Shown: positions 35,948 through 47,583 of the stretch, piece by piece
How the letters are laid out: each line of letters begins with the position of its first letter
How positions within the stretch are numbered: position 1 is the stretch's first letter
Assembly: GCA_002189035.1 (NCBI GenBank)
Contig: NEEC01000010.1
Location: 682,001-746,000, forward strand
Direction: 5' to 3'
Length of the DNA: 64,000 bases
Origin: Utricularia gibba
Taxonomy: Eukaryota; Plantae; Magnoliophyta
Program-made: the position numbers and the translations under genes
Notes under the pieces: generated by a model
Databases searched by the model: none
What the model was told of the DNA's origin: nothing
Seen by the model: only the letters and a program-made list of their open reading frames with translations

Positions 35948-37198
35948 CTAGTAATCCTGGCGTGGTGTCTGGCGAGCTTCTGCGAGGCTAACACGAATGG
36001 CTCTCCCGTTAAGGTCCTGAAGAAGAAACATGTATGGGATCAGAATGATTGTGGTGGTGGGTGGGCAGACGGGAAAACTTACGATGCCGTCCAAAGCTTC
36101 GATGGCGCTGCTGACCTCTTCAGGAGAACTGTATGCTACGAACCCAAATCCTCTTGATCTACCACTTTCCTTGTCGTATATTACTCTCGCTTCTTTCACC
36201 TTGCCCTGCCCACTGAAAAGAGTTTCCAGTGCAAGATTGTCGACGCCCCAAGCAAGGTTACCCACATGCACGCGATTCGTGTTATCAGAACTTGACCTCT
36301 CTGATCTCCGAGCTCCTCGGAATGAAGCACCTGAGCCTGAACCTTCTCTTCTTGAAGGAGGTGGTCCAGAGTTGACCCTCAACTCTCTGCCTTGAAGTTC
36401 CTGCACGTAACAGGGGGAATTAAGACTTGAAACGCATCATCAGCTCTTGGGCTTGCTGTGCACACAGCGTACCACAGATTTATTATTAGATGGAATATGG
36501 TAAACTACAAACCCAGTGTTGTTGCTCTCGGCCAGTGTGATCATCAAGCACAACTTGTGTGCGTGCGCCGATTAAAGAAGTAGGAGACTTACATATCCAT
36601 TAAATTGTTGAGCAGCAGCTTCAGCTTCCTCGCGTGTGGCCATTGTCACAAAACCAAAACCCCTGCTTCTTCCTGAGAACTTGTCGTATATGACCTGCCA
36701 ATTATCAGAATTAGCATAAGACTGAAGAACGACATTTAGGCAAACCAGACCACTGCGACTTCAACAGCAACTGAATTGAGGCAAAAAAAAAAAACAAAAA
36801 AAGGTCACTGAAGACAATTCAGAGAAATATCCGTGACAGATAGATACCTCAACCATCTCAACATTTCCAGCTTTCTCGAATACTTCAGCAAGCGCTGCAC
36901 TGTCAACACTGAAGGGCAAATTTCCGACGAAAAGCTTCAATTCAGATGAAAACCTAGACGACCCAGAGCCTGATAAATCGCGGATTTGATCCTCTTCGCT
37001 ATCTTCCGCCGTTTCCTTCAACTCACACGATACTGCAACGTTCCTGAGAAACCTGAAAATAGGGAGGCGGCGGTCGTTTCCCCTGATTGACAGAGCACTC
37101 GTGCACGTGCCGGAATAAGACACTGTAGCAGCGCCTCGGGAATAAGAGTGGTGGAGATTCCTCGGCAGTACTGAGAAGGAGTGGAGAGAAACAGCCAT
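35948..37198 (-). CDS. CP29B: Chloroplast ribonucleoprotein with two RRMs (cp29/cp31 family); 4 exons (37198-36848, 36694-36593, 36400-36083, 36016-35948), 279 aa
   Basis: Ser/Arg-rich transit peptide and acidic stretch, RRM1 ([19 protein letters not shown]), linker, RRM2 ([19 protein letters not shown]). All introns GT-AG, phase 0. An alternative in-frame ATG lies at 37210. Confidence 0.9.
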
Positions 37199-38499
37199 GG
37201 CTCCTTTCATCAACGTACCAATAGGCGAGAGTAAGAGAAGAGAGGAGGGATGAAGGCTTCTGATATGGGCCCATAGTGGGCTACCAGTATAGACATTGTT
37301 CATCAACGTCGCCCGAAAAAGCCCTTTCATCCCAAATTCAAAATGTGTTAAATTATTAGGGAAAATAACATTTCGTACCCATATTGTACAATTTGTTTGC
37401 ACAATATACCCATATCTTTTGAAATTACACTACATATACATTAACATAATCATTATTGCATATTACACCATTTGTCCTAATTTTATCGAATTTTCCCACC
37501 ATTAGCATGTGTACTCACATGTAATAATTTTTTTCACGACATACCCATCATATTTACAATAGTTTAATCGATAACCATAAGAATTTTATTATACGTTATA
37601 GCTATTTGATTTTTATTATAACAATAGATATTCATTTTAATGTTCAAGAGTTTTCTTTTAAAGAATATTTATTGATATTTGTTTTGTATTGAATATACTT
37701 ACTATAGTACTTGATTTTAATTTACGTGAATAACAAAAAAACACTAAATAAAAATTGCCAATTAGTATCCAAAACAAAATATACTTACAAATTATTCAAT
37801 AACATAAAAAAACAATTTTTTAATTTCATTCATCTTGTACATCATTCCCGACATTAAGTTCATGGGCAAAATCTTCAATTTATGCAACCTTGAACCAATC
37901 AGGTGTCATCTAAAACTCATCATTTGATAAAAATATTAGGAAACTGAAACTAACAATATTAGCGAATTTGTTAAGAAATCTTACAAAATAAGGAAATGCT
38001 TCTTTCTTGAATTCTTGAGGTGTCGTCTTCAAAAACAAATTAATGTAGTATAAGACATTTATACCACATTTTGTCCCCCTTTCTTGTTGTGGAACCTATG
38101 ACTTTTTGATTTAGACTAAGTAAGACGTAATCTAAAAAAATAACTTCAACTATCTTTGGACACAGAATCGGAATCTTCCTCAAATCGATTGTAGATTCTT
38201 TGGGTTTTTTGCCTTCAAACAGCATTTACACAAATCTAGGCATCCAAATACAAGAATAAAAACTCAAACTGAAATTTTAAAACTATAAACAATAACATAT
38301 TTGTGAATGTCGACTTCTACTATACTCTTTCTATGATATTCCATAGATTCAAGCATCAAAATACATCTTTTCTTTTTCCACTTGAAGTTGTACAAGATAA
38401 GCAAGAACTAATGTCTTCGACTAACTACTAGTATAAAAATGTATTTTCTTGATAAAATGTTTCCCTTTTTACCAAATTAGTCAAACAAGACGGATTATT

Positions 38500-41000
38500 A
38501 CTCATGCACTGATAAAACAATAATGCTTCAAGAAAGCTGCACTCCCTAATAGTATCATGAATGGTTCTATCAACAATTTTCCTGTCAAATGTATTAAAAC
38601 ATGTGTTGATAGATGTATTAAACAAAATACTCATGGCATTTTCCAAGCATATATTGAATTAACTTCAATAAAATACCAAATCTTCGGGTGTCAATCATTC
38701 TGTATTATTCTAGTCCCTTGTTTCGAGCACCATTATGCAGCTCATTTGTTCGGGTTGATGGCAATATTGTGCACTCATGTGGAGCTGAAGTTGATGGTGT
38801 GATCTCAACTAGAATGGAGGGATCTTCGTGTTGTTTTTGTTTGCAAGTTCGTGCCTTATGGTCTAGTGTTTTATAAGTAGAACACAATATCACACGTGAT
38901 TCATTGAATGATTTTTTCCTTCGACCAAGTCCTATAGGAGTTTCATCTGGTAATCTTTTCCTATTTTTGGATGGTCTACCAACGTTTTTCCTTGCTGGTG
39001 GTGCTTCTAGAGATGGTTTATCAACACAAGGTCAATATTCAGATGAACATACGCCAATAAAACCTTGATAAACAGCATGGTAAGCTTCGACAGTGTAGTA
39101 CTGATCTATCCGCCTATAGGGATCCTCCCTAGAGACACATGGCAGACAAATAGCATGGCTACAAGGGATTCCAGTAAGTTATCATCTTCGGCATGAGCAT
39201 GATTTCAATGCTAGATCAACACAAACTTGTTCAAGAGTCAACCTTACAGTAACTTGTCAAATAAGGTCATTGCTAAGCTTTGGTGTACAATACTTTACAT
39301 TTTCAATAGATTTATCAAACAACTTATGAATACGAGGACAAATAGTTCTTGTCCTTTTCTACCCATCTGTCGCAATTACACAACCTAACCATCACAAGTT
39401 CTCAAATCAAGTCAAGTAGCTGAATAATTGATTTGTCTCTTTCTTCTAAAATGAAAGAATTAAAACTTTCTGATATATTGTTCAGTAATACACCGCATTT
39501 GATGTGCATATTAAAGAATGCACAACACCAACATTTAGCATGTTTGCTTTCTAACCACTTGTAAGCATCAGAGTCAAGAGCTTTCAATTTTTGCATTGCG
39601 GTGTCAAAAATTTTAGGAGTGGGTGCTCTAACTGCTTTCCACATTGTTGTCTTCAATAAAGGTAAACTATATCCAGCACGGTTCATATTTGTATATAAAT
39701 GTTTAAACACAGAATTGATTTTCAACTTCAGAAAAAATAATATCAAAAGCTGGAAGCAGTCCCTTGTCTTTATCAGATACAAAACAATATTTGTACATAT
39801 TTGTTGTATCGATTTCCAAGTTACTCCACAACAGGTTTAGAAACCATAGCCAACTTTCTTTATTCTCCCTTGTTACAAATGCTCATGTAATGGGGAAAAT
39901 GTTATTATTTGGATCCAATCCAACAGCCACAAGAACTTATCCTTGAAATGAACCCTTCAAGAAACATTCGTCGACACTAATAATGGGTCTACATGCTCTT
40001 AGAAAACCTTCCATACATGCTTTAAAGCACATGTAAACCCGTTGAAATTTTTTGGAATATCTATAGATTAAAAACAACGTTTATTTTGAATTCTACATCT
40101 ACTAAAAGACTTTGCAAGCATCAGTTACTTGTAATCGATCCTGAAATCATTATACAAGTTTTTTAAATTTATATTGTGTAGATTAGGACTTATAAATTTA
40201 TTTAATATGAAATTTTCATTTCTTGCAGCGATTTTAAAAAAATTTTGTTTATTAATAATCCTATCAATCAAATATATCCTAAATCTTAGGGGATCGACAC
40301 TAACAATTTTGTTAATTGGGAAATGTATGTTTGCCCAACTCTCTTTAAATTGATTTCTATAACAAGTGGATGTATTCTAATCTCTTCCACCCTTGATTAA
40401 GGCCTCATAGGCGCAATACTCACTATGGCATGGCTATAGTTTTGAACTTGTTGTGATGACATTTTGGGAGTTATTTGTGCTCTAGGTATTATGCCTATTG
40501 AGTGCCATTTCACATAATGGACGCTTCAACAAATTCATTCAATGTTATCTATTACAATGCATTTGGTTAGGGAAACTTCTTATGTACTTGCGGTTCAAGC
40601 AAAGCTCATGCACTATGATTCATTGCGACTCCTCAAACTGTCTTTTTAATGATAGAAGACCCAGTCTTTCATAGTAAAAAAAAAACTCATTTTAGTCAAG
40701 TATCACATGGAAAGGGAGTTGTTTAAAGATGAGCGAAAATCGCACTAAGTATTGTCCAATAGAACTTCAAGTAACATATGCAATGACAAAGCCTCTGCAT
40801 GCGGGACAATTTGAGCAGCTGAGTAATAAAATGGGACTTGTCAAGAGAGGTGCCTTCAAGGAGCAGTTTGTTGGACATTGAAGCCAAATCATCAAATGCC
40901 AAGTGAGAGTGTCAAATACACAAGTAAGTTATGCCGACCATGCTGCATACATGAGGACCTTCTATACCAAGGTCATGGTTCACCATGTTTCCATTATTAT
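38500..41000 (-). mobile_element. Degenerate Mutator-like (MuDR) transposase remnant; boundaries approximate
   Basis: EGFLRACRPIISVDECFLKG..VAVGLDPNNNIFPI (~39880-40020), LLNNISESFNSFILEERDKSII (~39430-39490) and a zinc-knuckle remnant TYKTLDHKARTC (~38840-38880). TIRs not identified. Confidence 0.8.
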
Positions 41001-41735
41001 AGCCATAATGCTAGTTTCTATCTTTTCATTCCATTCGTTATGCTTTCTGTTTTGCATCTTTGTCTGCTATACTTAGTGTTGTAGGTTGATCATATCAATT
41101 TGAATGAGAATTATCAGTTTTTTCCTTCTTTTGTGGTGATCTAATTCTCAGGTTGCTCATTCACTCACATATCAAATTGCAATCAATCAATGTTGCATCA
41201 GCTACACTCAAATGAGTGTGTACATTGATAATTATCCTTTTTTCGTGACATCCACTTTCGGTAGCTTGAATGATTAAAAATAGGTAGATGGCTGCCACCA
41301 TCAGGAGGGTTATTTCTGAAAACAAAAACAATTGGGATGAGGTATGTTGCACACATCCAAACCAAAATTAGAGATTCTGAAATGGTGATCTCTTTTTTTT
41401 TTTTTTGAAGGACTCACACCACAAAGGCCATGAATAATATGAAGGATTTGATGAAATGGGTGAGCTCATATCCAATGTATAAGAGGGAAGCGATTGTACT
41501 TGATCCATTAGTGAAGAAGTTGAAGTTCAGTACCTCGCTTGAGGGAGGCTTTGTGGAACTAAAAGAGAAGAGTCTTGTCTTCATAGATCATGGAAGATGC
41601 ACTCTAAGAGGTGTGAAGATTTTGATGAAAATCGCATGAGAACAATAACACAAAGGAAGCAACTTTTCTTTATTTTTTTACTCTATGTTGTTGGATATAA
41701 GAAAATTGTAGGAAAAACACCTCAATTTTCGGTAA

Positions 41736-42206
41736 GTATAAAGAATTTAATTCTTAAATTTTAAAATTGTAAAAAAAAAACAATTTAAGTTATCAAAACC
41801 ATGCAATGAAGATCCAAATGATTTTCAAAATTTTTAAAAAATAAATCAGTTCATAGTGTCATGAACTAGATTTAATTCTAAATCCAACAAAATATCATGT
41901 TGAGATTTTTTGCATTCGTATATAGAATACGATGAATCAAATCCCTTGTTAGGGTTATGTCATATTCTCATCTTACGATTTTTGAAGATTAACCAAGGTA
42001 AGACTATTAGATAAGGAGGAATGAAAGTTATAGATATTATTTATATTAATATACCATTATAACGATGTTGAGGTTAAAACTGATTAGTTCTGATAATAAG
42101 AAGTTAAATATTCAATTTTATAAATTTAGAGATAAAATATTTATAAAAAAATTAAATTAAATAACTTATGACATAATTTTGAAATTTAAAATTAAATCCT
42201 TTATAC
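41736..42206. mobile_element. AT-rich MITE-like element with long imperfect inverted ends
   Basis: Left GTATAAAGAATTTAATTCTTAAATTTTAAAATT matches the reverse complement of the right end, GTATAAAGGATTTAATTTTAAATTTCAAAATT. No TSD resolved. Confidence 0.5.
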
Positions 42207-43501
42207 TAATTGTAACTTAAAACGATACCATCAAACTCTACCTTTTTGTATATTATAGCTGTTATGATAAAGGCGTTATAAGACCTTGTTTCCTCTTCAT
42301 TGAGCAACAGGCTCCAGCCTTCGGTTTTTTACCAGGATCGTGGAACTTTTTCCACATTAAAATCAATATTCTCTTCTTTTGAATTCGACAAATTTGATGT
42401 AATGTAAGATTTGCTTGATGATTTGGTTCAGGATTATGTGGGACTTTTTCTGGAAATACATGGTATAGGCGGCACCCAATAATTCGAACCAGAATGCCAA
42501 GATGGACTTTGCAACATCTGAGTGCGTATTCCATTAAATTAACACCTAGGTTCCCATAGGGGCCAAGTGCGTTCTGTTTGGCCTTCTTCAGTCTGCAGTT
42601 CAGCCACACGCCATGTTGAAGTCCATAAAAGACAAGAGGAGGTTCCATCTCAACATTCCACCATCCCGATGGGTTGGTTCTCAGAAGAGTAGCGTGCTGA
42701 ATGATTCATCCAATTCCTCTGCTGATCCCTAACACTACTCTCTCTAGTACACACGCATGTGCAAATCTTTTATAAGGCTTCGAAACACTGTTTTGCTTTG
42801 ATTTGGGAATGCCTTTTCACACACATCTCCCTGCCCTTGGGAAAAATCTGCCAAAATTTTCTGTTCGTCTCGAAATAACTTGGAAATTCGGATTTTTGAG
42901 TGTGCTCCATAGATGTGGGCCCGGTGAGTGTGGTGGCGTCACCGCGTTTGACAATGGAGAGGGTGGTAACCAATGGCGCACATTCGCGGCACCTGGAATG
43001 CGCTTAGATCTCGGACCACGGGGCGATTAGCACACATGTATATTTAGTGACTGGCCATGAGCTTTCCACCGAGTGTGCGACTATTTTTTTGTACAATTAT
43101 TACAGGAAGTCAACCCATGGGACCACCCTGGTCACAAGACAGGTTTTTTGTTTCTACCCTATTAAAAAAGAAATATATAAAAATGCACCCATTTGATCCG
43201 TCCAAAATCCATCGCTCCAATGAAAAGAATATAAAAAGATCATGTAAACGCAATCTCCTAGACGTATGCAGATAATCGTAGCCTCTATGCTTCTCGAGTC
43301 GGTGACTTGGACCGGGGTTCATGGACACCGGTTCGAACCCACGGAAAAAAGTAGAAGAGAATGGGGTCAACGACATCATCTGATTGGGACTTTAATTAAT
43401 ACTAAGTGCTCAGGAAAATGTAGACTTGTCAACGGGGTGGATTATGTATTACCTGAAAGTTCAGGGGCCTTCTGTTGAAGAAGCAACTGAAGGTTGTGTT
43501 A

Positions 43502-43508
43502 TATAAAG
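43502..43508 (+). promoter_or_regulatory. Candidate TATA box of NRT2.5
   Basis: TATAAAG about 40 nt upstream of the ATG at 43544. Confidence 0.5.
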
Positions 43509-43543
43509 CAAAGTGCGTTTTGATGGACATCTATCAAGCAAAA

Positions 43544-45103
43544 ATGGCGGGGCGACAAGAATACGGCGAGACAGAGTTCTCGTTGCCGGTTGACTCTCAG
43601 AAGAAGGCGACTAAGCTGCTGATCTACTCCGTGGCGGCGCCGCACATGCGCGCCTTCCACCTATCCTGGATCCCGTACTTCGCCTGCTTCGTATCCAGCT
43701 TCGCTGCTCCGCCGCTGGTCCCTGTTATCCGTGATAACCTATCCCTCACAACCACTGAAGTCGGAAACGCCGGGATAGCGGCGGTATCCGGAGCGATTCT
43801 CGCCCGAAACATAATGGGAATCGCCTGTGACTTATTTGGGCCTCGTCTAGCCTCCGTCAGCATGCTACTCATCACTACGCCCGCTATTTACTGTTTCTCT
43901 GTGGTGGACTCTGCCACCACGTTTCTTTTGGTCCGTTTCTTCATTGGGTTCTCCCTCGCTACTTTCGTCTCGAACCAGTTTTGGATGAGCTCCATGTTCT
44001 CTGCCAACGTCGTGGGGACAGCGAACGCCTTCGCCGCCGGATGGGGTAACGTCGGCGGTGGAGCGACGCAGCTTATAATGCCTCTGGTTTTCGAACTCCT
44101 GCGCCACATCGGCTCCACCAGGTTCACAGCGTGGAGACTCGCGTTTTTCGTTCCCGGCCTGTTTCAGACTCTCATAGCCTACGCTGTTTTCTTTCTCGGC
44201 CAGGATTTGCCTGATGGGAACTTCTCCGAAGTTCGAAAATCCGGACAAAAGCACCGAGACAATTCTTACAAGGTCTTCTTGAACGCGATCAAGAACTACA
44301 GAGCGTGGATCTTGGCTCTGACTTACGGATATTGTTTCGGCGTTGAGCTCACCATTGATAACATCATCGCGAATTATTATTACGACAGATTTGGCCTGAA
44401 TCTCTCCACCTCGGGAACCGTCGCTGCGAGTTTTGGGTTGATGAATCTCTTCTCCCGGCCTAGCGGCGGCATGCTTTCCGATTACATGGCGAAGAGGTTT
44501 GGAATGAGAGGCCGACTGTGGGCGCTGTGGACATTCCAAACACTTGGAGGAATTTTCTGCATTCTCTCCGGAAAAGTGAACTCCCTGAGCGCGTCAATTG
44601 TAATGGTTCTCATCTTCTCCTTCTTCGTACAGAGCTGCTGTGGTCTCACCTTTGGAATCGCCCCCTTCGTTTCCCTAAGGTTCGCTTCCCTTAGAAAGTG
44701 TTTCCTTCTCCCTGAAAAAAATCTGATTCATGTTTCGTGGACTCCCAATTTCAGGTCCCTGGGCGTCGTCTCCGGCATGATCGGCAGCGGTGGAAACTTC
44801 GGATCACTTCTTACCCAAGTGATTTTCTTCAGGGGATCTCGGTATTCCACAGAGTCAGGGATCACTCTGATGGGGATAATGATCGTCTGCATCACGGCGT
44901 TGGTCCCGCTCATTTACTTCCCCCAGTGGGGCGGCATGCTCTTCCCGCCCTCGTCTGAAGCCACCGAAGAGGACTACTACTTGTCGGAATGGAGCCCGGA
45001 GGAGAAAAGCCATGGATTCCACCTTGCCAGCCTCAAGTTCTCTGAGAACAGCCATGGTGAAAGAGGTAACCGGGTCAGGGCCGTGGCCCAGATTGAGCAG
45101 TGA
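43544..45103 (+). CDS. NRT2.5: High-affinity nitrate transporter NRT2, NRT2.5 clade; 2 exons (43544-44679, 44755-45103), 494 aa
   Basis: FSLPVDS..APHMRAFHLSW, nitrate signature AGWGNVGGGATQL, FGMRGRLW and C-terminal EEDYYLSEW..SLKFSENS. Single GT-AG intron at the PFVSLR|SLG position. Confidence 0.92.
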   Translation: MAGRQEYGETEFSLPVDSQKKATKLLIYSVAAPHMRAFHLSWIPYFACFVSSFAAPPLVPVIRDNLSLTTTEVGNAGIAAVSGAILARNIMGIACDLFGPRLASVSMLLITTPAIYCFSVVDSATTFLLVRFFIGFSLATFVSNQFWMSSMFSANVVGTANAFAAGWGNVGGGATQLIMPLVFELLRHIGSTRFTAWRLAFFVPGLFQTLIAYAVFFLGQDLPDGNFSEVRKSGQKHRDNSYKVFLNAIKNYRAWILALTYGYCFGVELTIDNIIANYYYDRFGLNLSTSGTVAASFGLMNLFSRPSGGMLSDYMAKRFGMRGRLWALWTFQTLGGIFCILSGKVNSLSASIVMVLIFSFFVQSCCGLTFGIAPFVSLRFASLRKCFLLPEKNLIHVSWTPNFRSLGVVSGMIGSGGNFGSLLTQVIFFRGSRYSTESGITLMGIMIVCITALVPLIYFPQWGGMLFPPSSEATEEDYYLSEWSPEEKSHGFHLASLKFSENSHGERGNRVRAVAQIEQ

Positions 45104-45635
45104 CCCGTCATGTGTGATATGTTTATGATAATGAGTAGTTCTATTTGAATAAAACGCATGTAACATGGTGAGTGCCGCGTTGGTAGTAAATCATCATAAA
45201 AGTAACCACTGTCAAACCCCTTCGTACCTCTACAAAGTAGGCCAGCGTGTCTGGTCCTGTGTGTGTAAAAACTTGTATTTCATGCTTCGTGTATGTTAAA
45301 AACAGGTCAAGTTCGAGTCATGCGCACTCCCCAATCCATAGTCACCCACTCTTATTTCATATTCCTGTAATGTGCAATAATACTTGCATCTTCTGTAGAC
45401 CCCAAGCATTTTTACTCACACCGCCTCCTTGGAAGCTGCGCCACAAAGAATGCTATGAACTCGGGGTCGGGGCCCCTCGTTCATACGCCCTTCTTCAACA
45501 TCAAAATTTTAGCTTTAAGTTACATGGTCATATGGTGAAATAGCCCTTGCAGTGCACCAACATGAACCCAATGTTGTGGTACAGTTATCAAAGAGGGATG
45601 CTTTCATTTTTATTCATTACATCCGGTGGTAGAAG

Positions 45636-47124
45636 CTATGCAGGCTTCCTGCATGTAATAATGGCGAACTTTATCAGACCCCTCTTATATCCCTTGATCA
45701 TCAAAGGCATCACTAGCGCTCCCCGTATGGTCTTCCATCCTGGATTACACAAACACAGGTATCCAAAACATTGAATCCGCCTAATTCATCTCTAGTTCTG
45801 TGTGTATGCAGCATTATTCATTTAAGCAGGAGAGGCTAAAGCCGATTACCGCTTCTCAGCAAGGAGGTGAGGCCATTCCAAGTCAGTGCAGTTTTAATCA
45901 CAGCTCCCCAAAAGGGGGCAACGAATTCAGACCAGTCCGCAGACTTGATATCCTGTGAGTGAGGCCGAGTAAGAGTTGTCAATGATCATTATGCGATACC
46001 AGACAAACGAACAAATGAAGCGCAGACCTGAAGGGATTGAGATTGGAGCAAGCCAACATAGTCGGCAGTAGAGCACCAAGCAGGAAGATAATAAGCATCA
46101 CATATTTGTTTCAACAGACGAGTCTCATCAGGAAGGAGAGACGTTTCACCAGGAGAAAGATCTCTATGGCACCATGTCACGATGATTATGGTTCCGCCTG
46201 GAGCAGCCACTCGAGCAAGCTCGCCCACAAACTGCATTCATATTCCTGTTCAATCACCAAAAGAGGTAGATGTTGATGACACAGGGAGAAAGAACCACCT
46301 TTGCCTTATCAGGCATGTGTTCTCCGCTCTCCATGGACCAAACCAGATCGAACTGGCCATCAGGAAATGGTTGGTTCAACGCATCCGCCACTTGAAAGGC
46401 AACCTGCAAGAAAACTCGTTTCCATTCCCTACTAGTAGAATGTAGAGATTCAAGCAGCCTCGTTTTTAAAGGATACCTGTCCAGCAAGTCCTTGGGCGGT
46501 AGCGATTTGCTGGGCTCTTTCTGCTTGAACAGGGCTCAATGTGATGCCCTGACATTTAGCTCCGTATTTCCTGGCCAAGTACCTTGAACTCCCTCCAATT
46601 CCACATCCCACATCGACAATACTCTTAGGTTTCTTCTCAGAGTCATCATCTGCAATTTTATGTCTTCCAGTAAAATAGCTAACAAGAACAGTAATCTATC
46701 ATCAGCGCCAAGTAAAAGTGCGCGGATTGCAGAAAATGGGACTAATTGGTCACGCATGTCAAGACGGTGCACAAAATCCTGTGAAAGGAAAACTAATAAA
46801 GGAAAGGAAACCAGAAAGGGAGGCGAATCGGAGGGATTCTTCAATCATTCGAATCTGGGCGGCGCGGTGGTCAGCGAGGGACACATCATCGGATCCGACG
46901 GAGTGGTAGAATCCGTGGTGCATATGGTCTCCCCATATGGCCTCCCATATCCCTGATGACTGGTCGTAGAATTCCGCGATCCCCTTGTTCAACCTTTCCG
47001 TCGCGACGGCGTTAACGCCCATCCTCCGCCTCGAGGCACAGCGGCCGTGAAAACTGGAACGGAGAGAAACTTGGGGAAACTTCCGGCTGTGAGACAGGTA
47101 TACAGGAGGCAAGAGCCCAGCCAT
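45636..47124 (-). CDS. VTE4: Gamma-tocopherol methyltransferase; 6 exons (47124-46812, 46649-46477, 46403-46299, 46231-46028, 45952-45850, 45739-45636)
   Basis: Transit peptide, then KGIAEFYDQSSGIWEAIWGDHMHHGFY, SAM motif IVDVGCGIGGS, FDLVWSMESGEHMPDK, IVTWCHR and C-terminal LIKFAIITCRKP. All introns GT-AG and in frame. Upstream in-frame ATG at 47181. Confidence 0.95.
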
Positions 47125-47373
47125 AGACCCGCGATTTAAGGAGCCTCTTCCATGGCACGATACCATACATGAAGCATCCATTTACTGCGATGATGCACAC
47201 AGAACTGAAGAAACCGACAAACGGTAGATGACTACAAGAGTTACTTCATGAGTTGGATGGCAGGCTGGTGAGGAATCTGAAGACTCATCATTGAGGCAGT
47301 TGAGAGCAGTGCTTGCACATCCTTCTAGGAATACAAATAATAAATAAACAGAAAGATGGGAACAGCAGTAGTG

Positions 47374-47583
47374 ACTATGTTGCCAGGTTCAGCAATGAAC
47401 CGCCATGGGCCAGCACACCCAGGTAACTATGTTGCCAGGTTCAGCCGTGAGCCGCCATGGGTCAGCACACCCAGGTAACTATGTTGCCTGGTTCAGCAAT
47501 GAGCAGCCATGGGCCAGCACACCCAGGTAACTATGTTGCCTGGTTCAACAATGAGCCGCCATGGGCCAGCACACCTAGGTAAC
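47374..47583. repeat. Minisatellite, 4 tandem 52-bp units
   Basis: Unit ACTATGTTGCCAGGTTCAGCAATGAACCGCCATGGGCCAGCACACCCAGGTA starting at 47374, 47426, 47478 and 47530, with only a few substitutions and no spacers. Confidence 0.97.

Noticed and set aside
43340-43362. GGTTCGAACCC B-box as a tRNA gene or SINE
   Set aside because: No A-box at the proper spacing, no cloverleaf, and no clear poly(A) tail or TSD.
43464-43486. Nitrate-responsive element (NLP site) in the NRT2.5 promoter
   Set aside because: CTT and AAG half-sites are 9 nt apart rather than 10, and the TGAC half-site is absent.
43865-44539. 224-aa antisense ORF overlapping NRT2.5, and similar shadow ORFs over the other genes
   Set aside because: These are expected opposite GC-rich coding sequence and show no recognisable domains.
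47374-47583. CRISPR-like array
   Set aside because: Units are head-to-tail with no unique spacers, there are no cas genes, and the context is eukaryotic.
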